DNA of 64,000 bases from Chrysomallon squamiferum (Eukaryota; Animalia; Mollusca), in the NCBI GenBank assembly GCA_012295275.1, contig CM022672.1, positions 7,688,001-7,752,000 on the forward strand, read 5' to 3'. The notes beneath the pieces are model-generated. The model searched no databases and had not been told where the DNA came from. It saw only the letters and a list, made by a program, of their open reading frames with translations. The position numbers and the translations under genes were made by a program. This document shows positions 26,763-38,225 of this stretch, piece by piece. Position 1 is the first letter of the stretch; each line of letters begins with the position of its first letter.

Positions 26763-29700
26763 CTAGTGGCGACTTCTAGTTACTCTTTTCACTGGGGTTG
26801 ATTTCAGATGACTTCTACCTTTTACACTCTGTGTTACTGCCGATATTTTTTTGACTGGGTCAGGAGACTTCACTATAGCACTAGACTTACTCTTTTTTGT
26901 ATTAGAGTCTTTGCTGGTCTTTTTACCAGAAACTCTAGTCTTCACTGGAGTTGCAGTTCTTTTGGTCACCACCTTGGTGTTCTTTTTGACAGTTGTTTTC
27001 AGTTTTGTTCCTTTCTTCAGTTTGGTTTTCTCCTGTAAAACATCTTCTACTTTGGTCTTTTTTGCCAATTCTTTTACTGGAGTTTTTATTTTTTGGCTTC
27101 CTTTTGTGTTTCTTTTCTTCAGAGATACAGCTGTGGAATTCTTTTTACGAGATGACTTTAATGGTGTTTTTAGTTTGGTGTCACCTCTTTTTTTTTTCAT
27201 TGTGGGCTCTTCCTGCACTGTCTTCTCTGCAACTCTTTTTACAGTTTTAGCAGTTGTCTTGGTAGCTGCTGGCTTCCTTCTAGTTTTCACAGGGGACACT
27301 TCAGCAGGTTCAGACTGGACAGCTGTGACCAGTGGAGACTGAGAAACTGACATTTTACCTCTCCTGACACGTTGTTTTGGGGTGGTAACCTTGGCAACTG
27401 TAGCAGATTCATCTCTGGTGGTTTTGTTAGTTTTCACTTTTCTGTTTTTATTCACTGTAGATTTTGCAGGGTGCTGTGAAATTGGTGAATGTTCCACTGT
27501 TGGTAGCTTGTTAACAGTCTGTTTACTTCTAGCTGCAGGTTTGTCTTCTTGGACAATATCAGAACTTTTACTTCTTCGAGATCTGCCTACCGTCTGTTTT
27601 GGGGTTGTGAATTTTTCTGATGTCAAATTATGTGCAAGTGGTGACATTTGTTTTAAAATGTTTTTAACAGATGTCCTCCCTCGGGTTTGCTTGGGAGTAG
27701 AAAGTTTCTTTGCAGACAACAAAGTGATCTGCCCTCGTCTTGTGCGTTTTTTGACAGGACTTTGTAATGACTGATCTGTCACTACATCTATCTGTGGAGA
27801 AATTACTGCATTCCTACGTCCTCTCGATGTCGTAACTTTCTTTTCCTCTTTACCTGAACCTCCTACTGAATCAGATTTCTTTTTTCCTTTCTGTGACTTC
27901 TTTTTAGTTTCTGGTGTGTTATCTTTTTGTGGGGAATTGTTTTCTTTTGATATTATTCTCATCTTTCTTGTCTGTCGAGTTTTTTGTGTTACTTCCAGTT
28001 CTGGCAAAGTGTTTTCTTGCATCTGTGTTTTACTCTTTCGTGTGTGTTGCTTTTTTTGTGTTGCTTCAAGTCCTGGTGAAGTGTTTTCTTGTGACTGTGT
28101 TTTACTCTTTCTAGTGTGTTGAGTTTTTTCTGATTTCAAAGACTCTTGAACCTGTGTCTCAGATATTTTGTTATCAGTGCGAGTTCTTGTTTGACGACTT
28201 TGAGGCAACTTGGGAGATTCCGTATCTCTGCTGCTCTTTTTCCGTCCCTTAGGGGAAACCTTCTTGACGTTTGGAGAGCATGTTGTAACATTAACCTTCC
28301 GACCTTGAGTTTTCCTTACCAAGTGATCTTCAGCAGGTAGCTCATCTTGTACTGTTGATAAAACAAAAAACAGCATTCTTTTAGCAAAACCCTCAACAGA
28401 AAGACAAAACCATAACTAGGAAAATAATTTAATTTCTTATTACTGAACTACATTTTTCATAGGTAAGTAAATGCCTATTTCAATAGCATTTGCGTAGTCA
28501 GTAGAACTGAAATAATTAAAAATAATAAACAACAAAATGCTTTATAATATGGAATTTAATTTTTTATCAGGTATTTACTTAGACATATAACTTGCTAAAC
28601 AACTATCAATCAGCTGTCTTTGTGTGACCAAATCTCATGCCTTTATAGACTATCTGATAAACAAAGACTCTCTTATTAAGTTATTTCCATTCAAATAACA
28701 ATATTACATCATCAGTTTTGCCCAGATTTATTGTCTAACATCTTGAATGTAATAACATTGTTTTGCCCATACTGAGTACAGCAGCTGATTGCTGTTTTTC
28801 TACAATGAAAAAAATATGCTTACTCTTTTTATCAGCCATTTTAACTTTTTTCTTCGGAGGAGATCTAATGTCTTCAACAGTTTCTGATCTGTATAAAAAG
28901 ATTAAAAAAACAACAACTTATAACTAAATAAAAATTTCATGCCAATTGTATTAATTTGTAACAGCAATGTACTCATTTATGTGTGAATGTATTCCACTAT
29001 ACATATGTCACAAGAACCAGACAATCTTCACTTAGTATAAATGCTAAAGACCTTATTTAATTTACAAATACTTACTGGGTTATCACAGCACAAAGAGAAC
29101 ACAAAAACACAAACTCAATAAATAATTGAGGTTAAATTTAGTAATTCAAAGTAAGTATGTATGAATAAAATAAACTTTGAAAGAATAATATATATATATA
29201 TATATATATGCATTTCCTACCTTTGGATTACTGGTTTCCTTTTTTCTGGCAGTTTTGCCTCAGGTGTTTTAAAAATGACATCTAAGCCTGATGGACTGCT
29301 TGGCATTTGTTTTACTTTAGGAGTACTAAATAAACGCTTGACACCTCCAACATCGGCATCCATCTTTGTTGTATTTCTGAACAAATCTCTAACTCCAACC
29401 AAATTTGGTGACTTATTCATTGCATTAGTCTTCTTGTACTGATTTTTCACACCAATCAAACTGGGAGTCTTCTTGAGTTGTTTTCCTGTCTTCTTGCCAG
29501 AAGAAAGTGGTGACACAAACATTTCTCCTGGCCCGTTAGGAGTGTCAGGAATATCTTCATACAGAGAATGTGGGGTCTTGTCCATACTTGGTCGTGGACT
29601 TGATATCATAGGACTTACTGTCTCAGTGATGTCAACACTCAACTTCGATACTGTTTTTCCAGGTGATGGAGTTTTGAACATCTCTGTGAGGCCATCATAA

Positions 29701-32700
29701 CATGTCTTTCCTTGAGACTTGCGTGTATCCTGTAACACAGCAGAAACAGTTACCATCCACAAAATGTTTTACAATATATTGTTTTAAAACTATCAGAAAT
29801 GACATTTTAACAGACTTTACTAAATCAGTAAAAAGAAAAAAAGAAAACAACGGTATGCACCGTTTATCTATTAAATGCCTTTTTTACTAGATAAAGAAGT
29901 TACTTCAAATGTTCATTACATTAATTAATAAATCTTTCTTTTGTTTCTCAAAATGAAGAAATATCTAAAACTGTATTGTTTTCAATCATACATAAATATA
30001 AAGTTTTACAGGAAAAAATGAAACAGTGAAAACAAGAATTTCAAACTACCTTTAAATGAATTTTACGACCTCTTTTAGGTAACGCTATTGGAGTTTTCAC
30101 ATGGGTAGTCATCAATTTGCCAACTAGCAAAGTCACAGGTGAATCTACGTGTCCTGTAGTTGGTGCCCGAGAATGTGCGATGGCACGAGGTGTCTTTGCT
30201 GTCTTAGCTCTTGGAGTTTTCTGAACCGTTCTAACAGACTGAAAAATAATTTTATTATCTTTAGAGATATTTATCAAGTCTACCAGCAGAGTACCAGAAA
30301 ATAAAATAAAGCCTACAGCCAGTATGACTTTTTTTTTTTACAATTAACTACCCTTTGCAGAACCATGATACATAAAACAGAGAACAAAATATTATGTTAG
30401 AAACTATAATGAAACAAACCACAACCAAAATCCTGTATCTTTCAAATAAACTTTTTTCCTAAAGATAATCAAATTTTAGTAGTTAGGAAAATAATGAAAT
30501 GAAGCTTTACCTTTTTGATTTTTACAAGCCTGATTGGTTTTACAGTAGTAGTTTTTTGTATGCCACCCTGTACTGGTACACCTGACTTGACAACATCAGT
30601 CCACAGTTTTTTGGGCGTTTTCTTCATCACCTTCCTGGCTGAATCCAAACGGCCTGATGTTTTCTTTGCTGCAGAATGCAGTCTGGGAGTGGTGGAATGT
30701 CGGTGAATTGCTCTCAAGGCAACAATTTTATTCACGTCTGCTGGAGGACAAATTAATTTTTCTGTGGAATTATTCAGTTTTACTTTTTTTGAACTCAAAA
30801 ACAGTGGTGTATTAGCAGCTGATCGTTTATTTGATCTGGGTGTAGCATTAACAGATTTCTTCTCTTTTGGTGTAGTGGATCCACTAGTCAGTGCTTTGGG
30901 TGTTTTGCCATGTATCTGTTTTGGTGACTTTGTAGTTACTGGTGTTCTATCTACACATGGTGTGGCTTCTCTTGAGTTTACAGCTTTTGATCTAACAGCC
31001 AAGTATTTTTCTGACTGTGGAGTAGATTTTATAGACTGCATGTTAGGTGACTTAAATTCTTTAGAAATTCTTGTGGGTGATTTTTCTGATTTTCTTGCCG
31101 ATTCACCAGCCTTTGGAGTAGATTTTTTCAATTTTCCAATTTCTGCAGAAGATACAGTTGCCTCTGAGGTGGATTCAGGTTTTGGAGTCCTGGGAGTTTT
31201 TGATGATTTAACCGACTGTGGTGTAGTTTCAGGAGACTTAACAGACCTGGGAGTTTTTGATGATTTAACCGACTGTGGTGTAGTTTCAGGAGACTTAACA
31301 GATCTGGGAGTTTTTGCTGACTGTGGTGAAGGTTCAGGAGACTTTACAGTCCTGGGAGTTTTTGATGATTTAACTGCCTTTACAGTCCTGGTGTTTTTCC
31401 TGCCTTAACTGCCTGTGGTGTAGTTTCAGGAGACTTAACAGTCCTGAGAGTTTTTGATGATTTAACTGTCTGTGGTGTAGTTTCAGGAGACTTAACAGAC
31501 CTGGGAGTTTTTGATGATTTAACCGACTGTGGTGTAGCTTGAGGAGACTTTACAGTCCTGAAAGTTTTTGATGATTTAACTGAATGTGGTGAAGGTTTGG
31601 GAGACTTTACAGATCTGGGAGTTTTTGCTGACTGTGGTGAAGGTTCAGGAGACTTTACAGACCTAGGAGTTTTTGATGATTTAACTGACTGTGGTGTAGG
31701 TTCAGGAGACTTAACTGACCTGGGAGGTTTTGATGATTTAACTGCCTGTGGTTTAGGTTCAGGAGACTTTACAGACCTGGGAGTTTTAGACAATCTAGCT
31801 GCCTCTGGAGTAGGTTCAGATATTATGGCACTGTGTCTTTTTGTTGCTTTAGGTGTATCACCAGCTGACTTTTTATCATTTATAACATGTTCAGGAGATT
31901 TTGCTGCTTTTGGTGTTGTTAACCCAAAGGTTGTAGGTTTAGCTGCCTCTAGTTTTTCAACTGGTGAAGATTCAAGTGCTTCTAAGCCATTAGACATTCT
32001 GGTAAGTGAAGCATCTGACACAGATAACCGTGCTGATTGCCTGCTTTTAATAGCTACTGGTGAAGTTTTCCTCCTGGATATGGTAAGAGAAGTAGCACTT
32101 TTTACTTTTCTTAAAGATAATTTTGAATCAGAAGCTGGTGTTTTAACATAAGAAATACCATTGATCAGGGTGGTAGGAGCTTTTTCTGAAGCTTCAGATG
32201 CAGATTTTGATGTGGAGATACTTGCAGGTGATCTGGAAATATATCTGCCTGCTTTTTCCACAGCTGCTCTCTTTGGGCTGCGTGTAAATGGCTCTGAGGG
32301 AGTCTTTATTGGCAAATCTGAGAAAGAATTTGTTACATTTGGAGACATAGCTGATAAAAGATTAGTACTGCCCACTTCTGAAGATGATGCTATTAAAATG
32401 TTGGGAGATGATGCCAAAGACCTGCGAGGTGACTTCACATATGATTTTGGAGTTTTGGGAGGTGACAAAGTAGATGTTAACTTCTGAGGTGACTTGACAA
32501 GTGTTTTGGGAGATGATGCAGAAGATTTACGAGACTTTCCTGTTTTTAAAGTTTTGAGTGACAAAGGAGAAGGTGTTTGAGTCTTTACTGTTGGTGTTTT
32601 TGATGTTCTGAGTGACAATGGAGAAGATTTTTGAGTCTTTCCTGATGGTGTTCTTAATGTTTCAAGTGACAATGGAGAAGATTTTTGTGATCTTTCTGTT

Positions 32701-35700
32701 GGTGTTTTTGAAGTTTTAGATGACAATTCTAAAGACTTCCGAGATTTCTGTAGTATCACTGCTTTTGATACTGAATTTTTAGGTGTTCTTGTGGGAGATT
32801 CAATCGTTCTAGAGGATACTGGAGTTGATGCTGGGATGTTGGGTCCATATACTGAGAATGCACTTCTGGACAGTGACGTCTTGGCAGGTCTTGATGTTGA
32901 CTTGGTAGCAGTTCCTGGAGTGACAGAAGACACCTCAGTTTTTGCTGGTGAAGTTTTTATGTTACATGATTTAGGGGATTTGGAAGCCATTCGTGGTGAC
33001 AGCTGTTTTGAAATTTGCTTAGGTGATTTTGCTGTCTTGGGAGTTCCTGATGCAGATGTATTTACTTGAGGTATATCTACTAAAGAGGAGGTTGATGGCG
33101 ACCGAAGACTTGTGTTCGATAGTCGGCCTTGGAGTTATTGGTTTTGATGTTCTTGCAGGAGTGAACTTCGACACTTTACTAGATACAACCTTTGGGCTTT
33201 TCTTGCTACTTCTAGTTCTAGTAGTTGAAGCAACTTTTTCCTGAAGTGCTGATTTTGAAGTTGACTTCACTTCTTTTGGACTCCCTTCTGACACAGAAGC
33301 CTGTGCTGGATCCTTGACAATAACTGGCTCAGATTTTCGTCTTGGAGCAGAGCCTTTCCTTACAGGTGTTGCAGGAGGCAAAGTCTTGTCAAACTGCTCT
33401 GGTGACAAATTTGGACCAAATGAAACTCTCTTCCGTTTAGCACTTAGTAAGTTGTACCCGCTCAACTTCCTTTTTCTCCCTGATGTTTGTGATGGAGTAG
33501 CAACTGAAAAATAATTATAATCACAATTAGTTATTAGGTAAGCAAACATGCACTTCACATTTGATCACAATAAAATATGAACGTAGGTACCAACAATACA
33601 GTAAACTGGTGGCATGCGATTTATCTTGTTACAGTTTGCATTTGTGAGACCTCAAACCATGTAGTACTAAATATACAGAACTTTGCAGTACTGATTTCCT
33701 TGTCAGATCAAGTGAAAGGTAAGAAATAAAAAACAGTGGTACTTGATTTTCTTCTTATTGGTGACACAGTGTCCTCTTCTGCTTTTTCTTTAATAGGCTT
33801 TGATCGACCTCTCAGTTCTGATATGCTGCTTCTCAATCTCTCTTTAGTGGGTGGACGATATGGTCTTTCAGGTGACACATTCTGTTATGAAATATGTTAT
33901 ATATATATATACACACACACACAGACAATGTAAGAACAAATGACACAGGTTGAGAAAAAGATTTACATAAATGTACAAGCAAAACTGATGAAATTTTTGG
34001 TTTCTCACTTCATATTAAGATAATCACTACCAGAAACATAACTAAAACTACCACAGACACAAAATATTAAGGAAGTATTTTTTGTATGAATTTCTGCAGG
34101 TGCAAAATATATTTATACTAGCAAAGTATTTAAATCAGTAAACATATTGAAACCTTACAGCTCGTTTCTTGCTAACTTTCTCTAGGGATGGAACAGCAAT
34201 AGGTGTAGCTATAAACAAAAACAAGTCCATTAAACAATGACATCAATGTAGTAAAATTAGTTATAGATTTACTATCAGCTAAGAAATATTGTGTACACAT
34301 TTTTTTCCTTTAAAATCATTTACCAAAGTTTCTTTATCATTGAAAAACTAAAAATGAGTTATCAGTTAACCCAATCAGAATAAAAAAATTGTGATTTCTG
34401 ATCAATCAAGAAGACAATGCCACAAAATCTGAGCCCATTTAACTATTAGTATTATATAAATGTATTCATTTCAACATGTAATATTTCTATATTACTATAT
34501 ATAAATAGCTGCCAGCAAAAAAACTGTAAGAAATAACTGTGTCCGATAACAAATAAAATAATTGATTTACCTGTTTTAAGGTTGTGTCCTGGAGATGTGG
34601 AATGTTTGCTTGACAGGACTGGTTCATTTTCTTTCAAACCAGATGGGTCTGGTGATGAGCTGCCACTGCCTGATGCTGCAGGTTTTGTTTTTTGGGGATC
34701 TGTTTTCTCTGGAGTCTTGGATCTTGGTGTTTTTGCTGGCTTGTTGTCCACCCGTGGAGTCAGAGGAGAAGTTGGTTTAGCTGAAGTAGGAAGTGGTGGT
34801 TTTGACTGAAAGAAAAATATTCTCAAACATTAATATAATTTATTAACTTTTTTTTTTTTTTGGTTTTATTTCACTTCTTTTTTAAAAGATTGACATCTTG
34901 TCCAAATACCTCAGTTCATTCATGACAAACTGATTCCAACAATAGGACAAGAATTAACGGCACTAACTAAATGAATTCAATAAATATGAAGAAATTAAAA
35001 TACCCACCATGTTTTCCCTGACATAAACACAGCTTACCTTTGGAGTCAGTATTTTATATGGAGTCCTTTTTTTTTCTTGTGCTCCTGGAGACTGGTTTCT
35101 AGGGTGATATTTTGAATCTGGAGCAAATTCAAAACGGAACAATCTGTCACTGATCGTGATAACATCAGAATGTTGCAGTTTAACAGACTCAAGTATTTTG
35201 CCATTTACCTGGGTAGGATTTGTCTTACTTAGGTTTGTCAGAAATACCTAATGAAACAAAAAACACTCTTAAACTAAAATATTAATAAATAAAAATTAAC
35301 TTAAGCACACAGTACAGTCATAAAACAAGACAAATTTTTATATCCAACAGATATAACATTCCTGAAAGCTTTAAAACATTTATATTTAGTTTTTTATGTG
35401 ATGAACAAAAAGAAATAAATATAAGACCAGATTAGATTACAGAAATATGTTACCAGGATGAGATTACATTCTGGTAACTTGTAACACAAGATTGGTTTAC
35501 ACAGTGTGAAGTATTTAGTACATTAAACTATATTTTCAAGAATAAAATCTACCTGTGCATCTGTATGTACATCCATTCTGCAGTGCTCCTTAGAGACAGT
35601 TGGTAACTGGATTCGAATATCACACTCATTACTCCTGCAGGTAACAAATCATCAACAATGCCGTATAAAATATAACATATAAAATCTTTTAAGATTTTAA

Positions 35701-35980
35701 AATCTCATTTTTGTTGTGTTTTTCTTAAAATTTCACAAACATCTACTGTAAATTTTTTAGATTTCTTCCAAATCGACACATAAATATAACCAATACATTA
35801 AAAGTTTACAGTTTTTCAAAACACATCAAACAGACTATATCTTTTTTAAAGTGTCTAATAATTCAGTGTCAAATTAATATTATATGCTTACCGTCCAAAC
35901 AAACAAGAAGAAGCAGTGAGTGGAAAATGGGCACCGTCTGTACCATTTCTCTTTATGACAACTATTTTGCCAAACACCAT
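26763..35980 (-). CDS. MKI67: Proliferation marker Ki-67-like protein (~2050 aa)
   Basis: FHA exons 35892-35980 (MVFGKIVVIKRNGTDGAHFPLTASSCLFGR), 35553-35634 (SNECDIRIQLPTVSKEHC) and 35038-35247 (NLSKTNPTQVNG...LQHSDVITISDRLFRFE). Further exons 34571-34805, 34159-34208, 33743-33881, 30511-33503, 30050-30238, 29221-29729, 28824-28888 and 26763-28351, all phase-consistent. Carries PP1 motif KRKRVSFGPNLSPEQFDKTLPPATPVRKG, WTDVVKSG, TTGHVDSPVTLLVGK, GLTEMFKTP and GVKRLFSTP, plus a very basic C-terminus. Two internal frameshifts lie in the giant exon. Confidence 0.9.
27930..28125 (-). repeat. Coding repeat 72 bp x ~2.7 (QHTRKSKTQxQENTxPxLExTQK) in the Ki-67 last exon
   Basis: Visible in the translation of ORF 26763-28376. 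Confidence 0.75.
31170..31830 (-). repeat. Coding tandem repeat, 57 bp (19 aa, TPRSVKSPEPTPQSVKSSK) x ~11, with shorter 48-bp variants
   Basis: ctgggagtttttgatgatttaactgactgtggtg...tcaggagacttaacagac repeats on the + strand; S/T-P-rich array. Confidence 0.92.
32540..32735 (-). repeat. Coding repeat 54 bp x ~3.5 (KTPxxKTQKSSPLSL)
   Basis: gtgacaatggagaagatttttg recurs at 54-bp spacing. Confidence 0.75.
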
Positions 35981-36990
35981 TTTCAATCTAAAAAAATTAA
36001 ATAATAGTTTAATTAAATCTCCTGTTTGGATGGAAGGTGTTTATATTATGGGGACAAATCACTTTTTAATTTAAATATATAATCTTCTGCGATGTCTGAA
36101 ACAAACATTGAAAGTTTTGGCTTTTATACACAATTCAAGTTGTAGAATTATAACCAGAACTATGAAAATACCGACTGTTTAATTTGTTGCATTCATAAAA
36201 AATATTTTGAAAACCCTATCTAAACCCACTGATCACCAGAAAAGGTTTTAGCAATTTATTATTTTCTAAAAATTAAATTCCTAATACAATTAATATGCTT
36301 ATAATAATTACTAAATCAGATTACGTTTACATTGTATCATCATAATCATGTCTTTATGAAAGTTCTAAATGATGCTTTCATTTGCACCTCATTTTCTTGA
36401 CAGCATACATACCTTATACTGTTTACAATAAAATCATTAACAGGCTCAGGTCTGATCAACTATATTATTGTTGACAGTTTTGTTTTTCTATGTAAGCCTA
36501 TGCATTTCTTCACTTAATCATAATAAACAATGACAACATTCACTTTGTCATGTGTAACTAATGAAATCAAAGGATCTTACTTCTTACTCTACGGTCTTAC
36601 TACTCTACAAAAGTGTTCACTGACAGAGAAACTTACTATATTATTAGTAGTAATTTACATGAACTTGAAGTTAATGGATAAATATGAAATAAATATTTTG
36701 ATAGTACTCAATGTAATTCTCTCAAAACTGTTAGTAAAAATGAAACAGTCTTGTTATAAATTGACTTTTGTAAACTTTTACTAATTACTGTCTAATAATT
36801 CACCAGACTAATATTGTATCACATATACTCAATACTGTGGATTTTAAGGTTTTATTTTTCTACTTCAGTACTACTTGAGTAACTTATTTTCAAAAATCAT
36901 CAAAACAAATTGTATACAATAAAAAAATGATATAATAATAATAACAATCATTTTAATATAAATTATATTCACAAGCCGAATCATACTTAC

Positions 36991-37433
36991 TGTATGCTAA
37001 TTTTTTCAACAAAATGTTATCATTTCTACAAATTTACGAACCAGCACTCGTTTTCAGTGTATTCTATCGCAACTAATTACGTTGGCATCATGGGCGGGAA
37101 AACAAAAAATAACCAAGCGTGATAAGAAATAGGTCACAGTTAGGAAACGAATAAATGTCATAAGAAATTTTATATTAATTAAAAAAAGAAGTTAAAAAAC
37201 CCATTCTGAACCGTTTAATAATATATGCAAAAATCTGTATAAACAGACTAACTTGTTATAAGAAGATCAATCTTTGTTATTCTACAGCGCTCTTCGTTAA
37301 AGGCGCTGTAATACATCTGTTTTCAAAATGTTCACTGAAATAATACCGATTGGTCAATTTTGACATATAGTTCAAAGGTATCTTCCATATTAGGAATTGT
37401 GTGTCAAAGGTTAGATTGGTGAATAGTTTGAAG
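36991..37433. promoter_or_regulatory. Bidirectional promoter and non-coding first exons of the Ki-67-like gene (-) and the AT-hook gene (+), with E2F, CCAAT and CHR-like motifs
   Basis: Minus-strand donor (GTAAGT) at 36990 and plus-strand donor GAAG|GTAAGC at 37434 point away from each other. E2F TTTCCCGC (GCGGGAAA) at 37094-37101, ATTGG at 37349 and 37415, TTTGAA/TTCAAA at 37322, 37371 and 37427. Confidence 0.6.
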
Positions 37434-38009
37434 GTAAGCGGGAAGAAATGTTTAGATTTACGGTTATTACAAAGAAAAATTTTAAAATCTTCGATTTTAC
37501 TAATCAATAGATATTATATTATTTATTATAAAATTTAGTTTTTAATAGGTATTTAATCCTTTTCGGCTTTTTACATAATTTACACCAGCTTTTTATAATT
37601 TTGATTGCCGTTATTTTAACCGCTTCCTGGTTTGCAGTCAATCATTCCCAAACGGTTAAATTACTTTCCCAGCAATTTATTTAGACATTTAGACGTGTTA
37701 GGTTTGGAAGGATTTCAGTTATGTAATAAATGAAAGACGTGATTAAAAATAGTTATTATTCTAAAGAAACAAATAAATTATTATACATAATAAATATAAG
37801 ATTAATAAAATAATGTCATAAAATGATAAATTTATTAAATTATAAATACCAACGTTATTTTTAAATACTATTTTGGGTATTTATCAGTCTTTATTAAATG
37901 ATCACATGCGCTTATAATAAACATAGTACATACACTTTATTTATTTGTTTAATTTCTTCCTCCAGATAATTCGATACTTTTACTATGGAATAAGTTGCAA
38001 CGATACAGA

Positions 38010-38137
38010 ATGCCAGTTAACGGAAACAAAACATCAAAAAAACCAAGACGAAGTGGTACTGGATTCAGGCAAACACCGCGGCCCCAAAAAAGTGCCAGTA
38101 CCAGGGACTCGAATAAACATTTATTTGATCTGTAAAT

Positions 38138-38225
<88 letters not shown>

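Noticed and set aside
30764-32487. Long + strand ORFs (214, 184, 108 aa) antisense to the Ki-67 repeats, and similar ones at 26851-27774 and 2090-2638
   Set aside because: Shadow ORFs: antisense of S/T/P/K-rich repetitive coding sequence is depleted of stop codons. No independent splice signals or domains.
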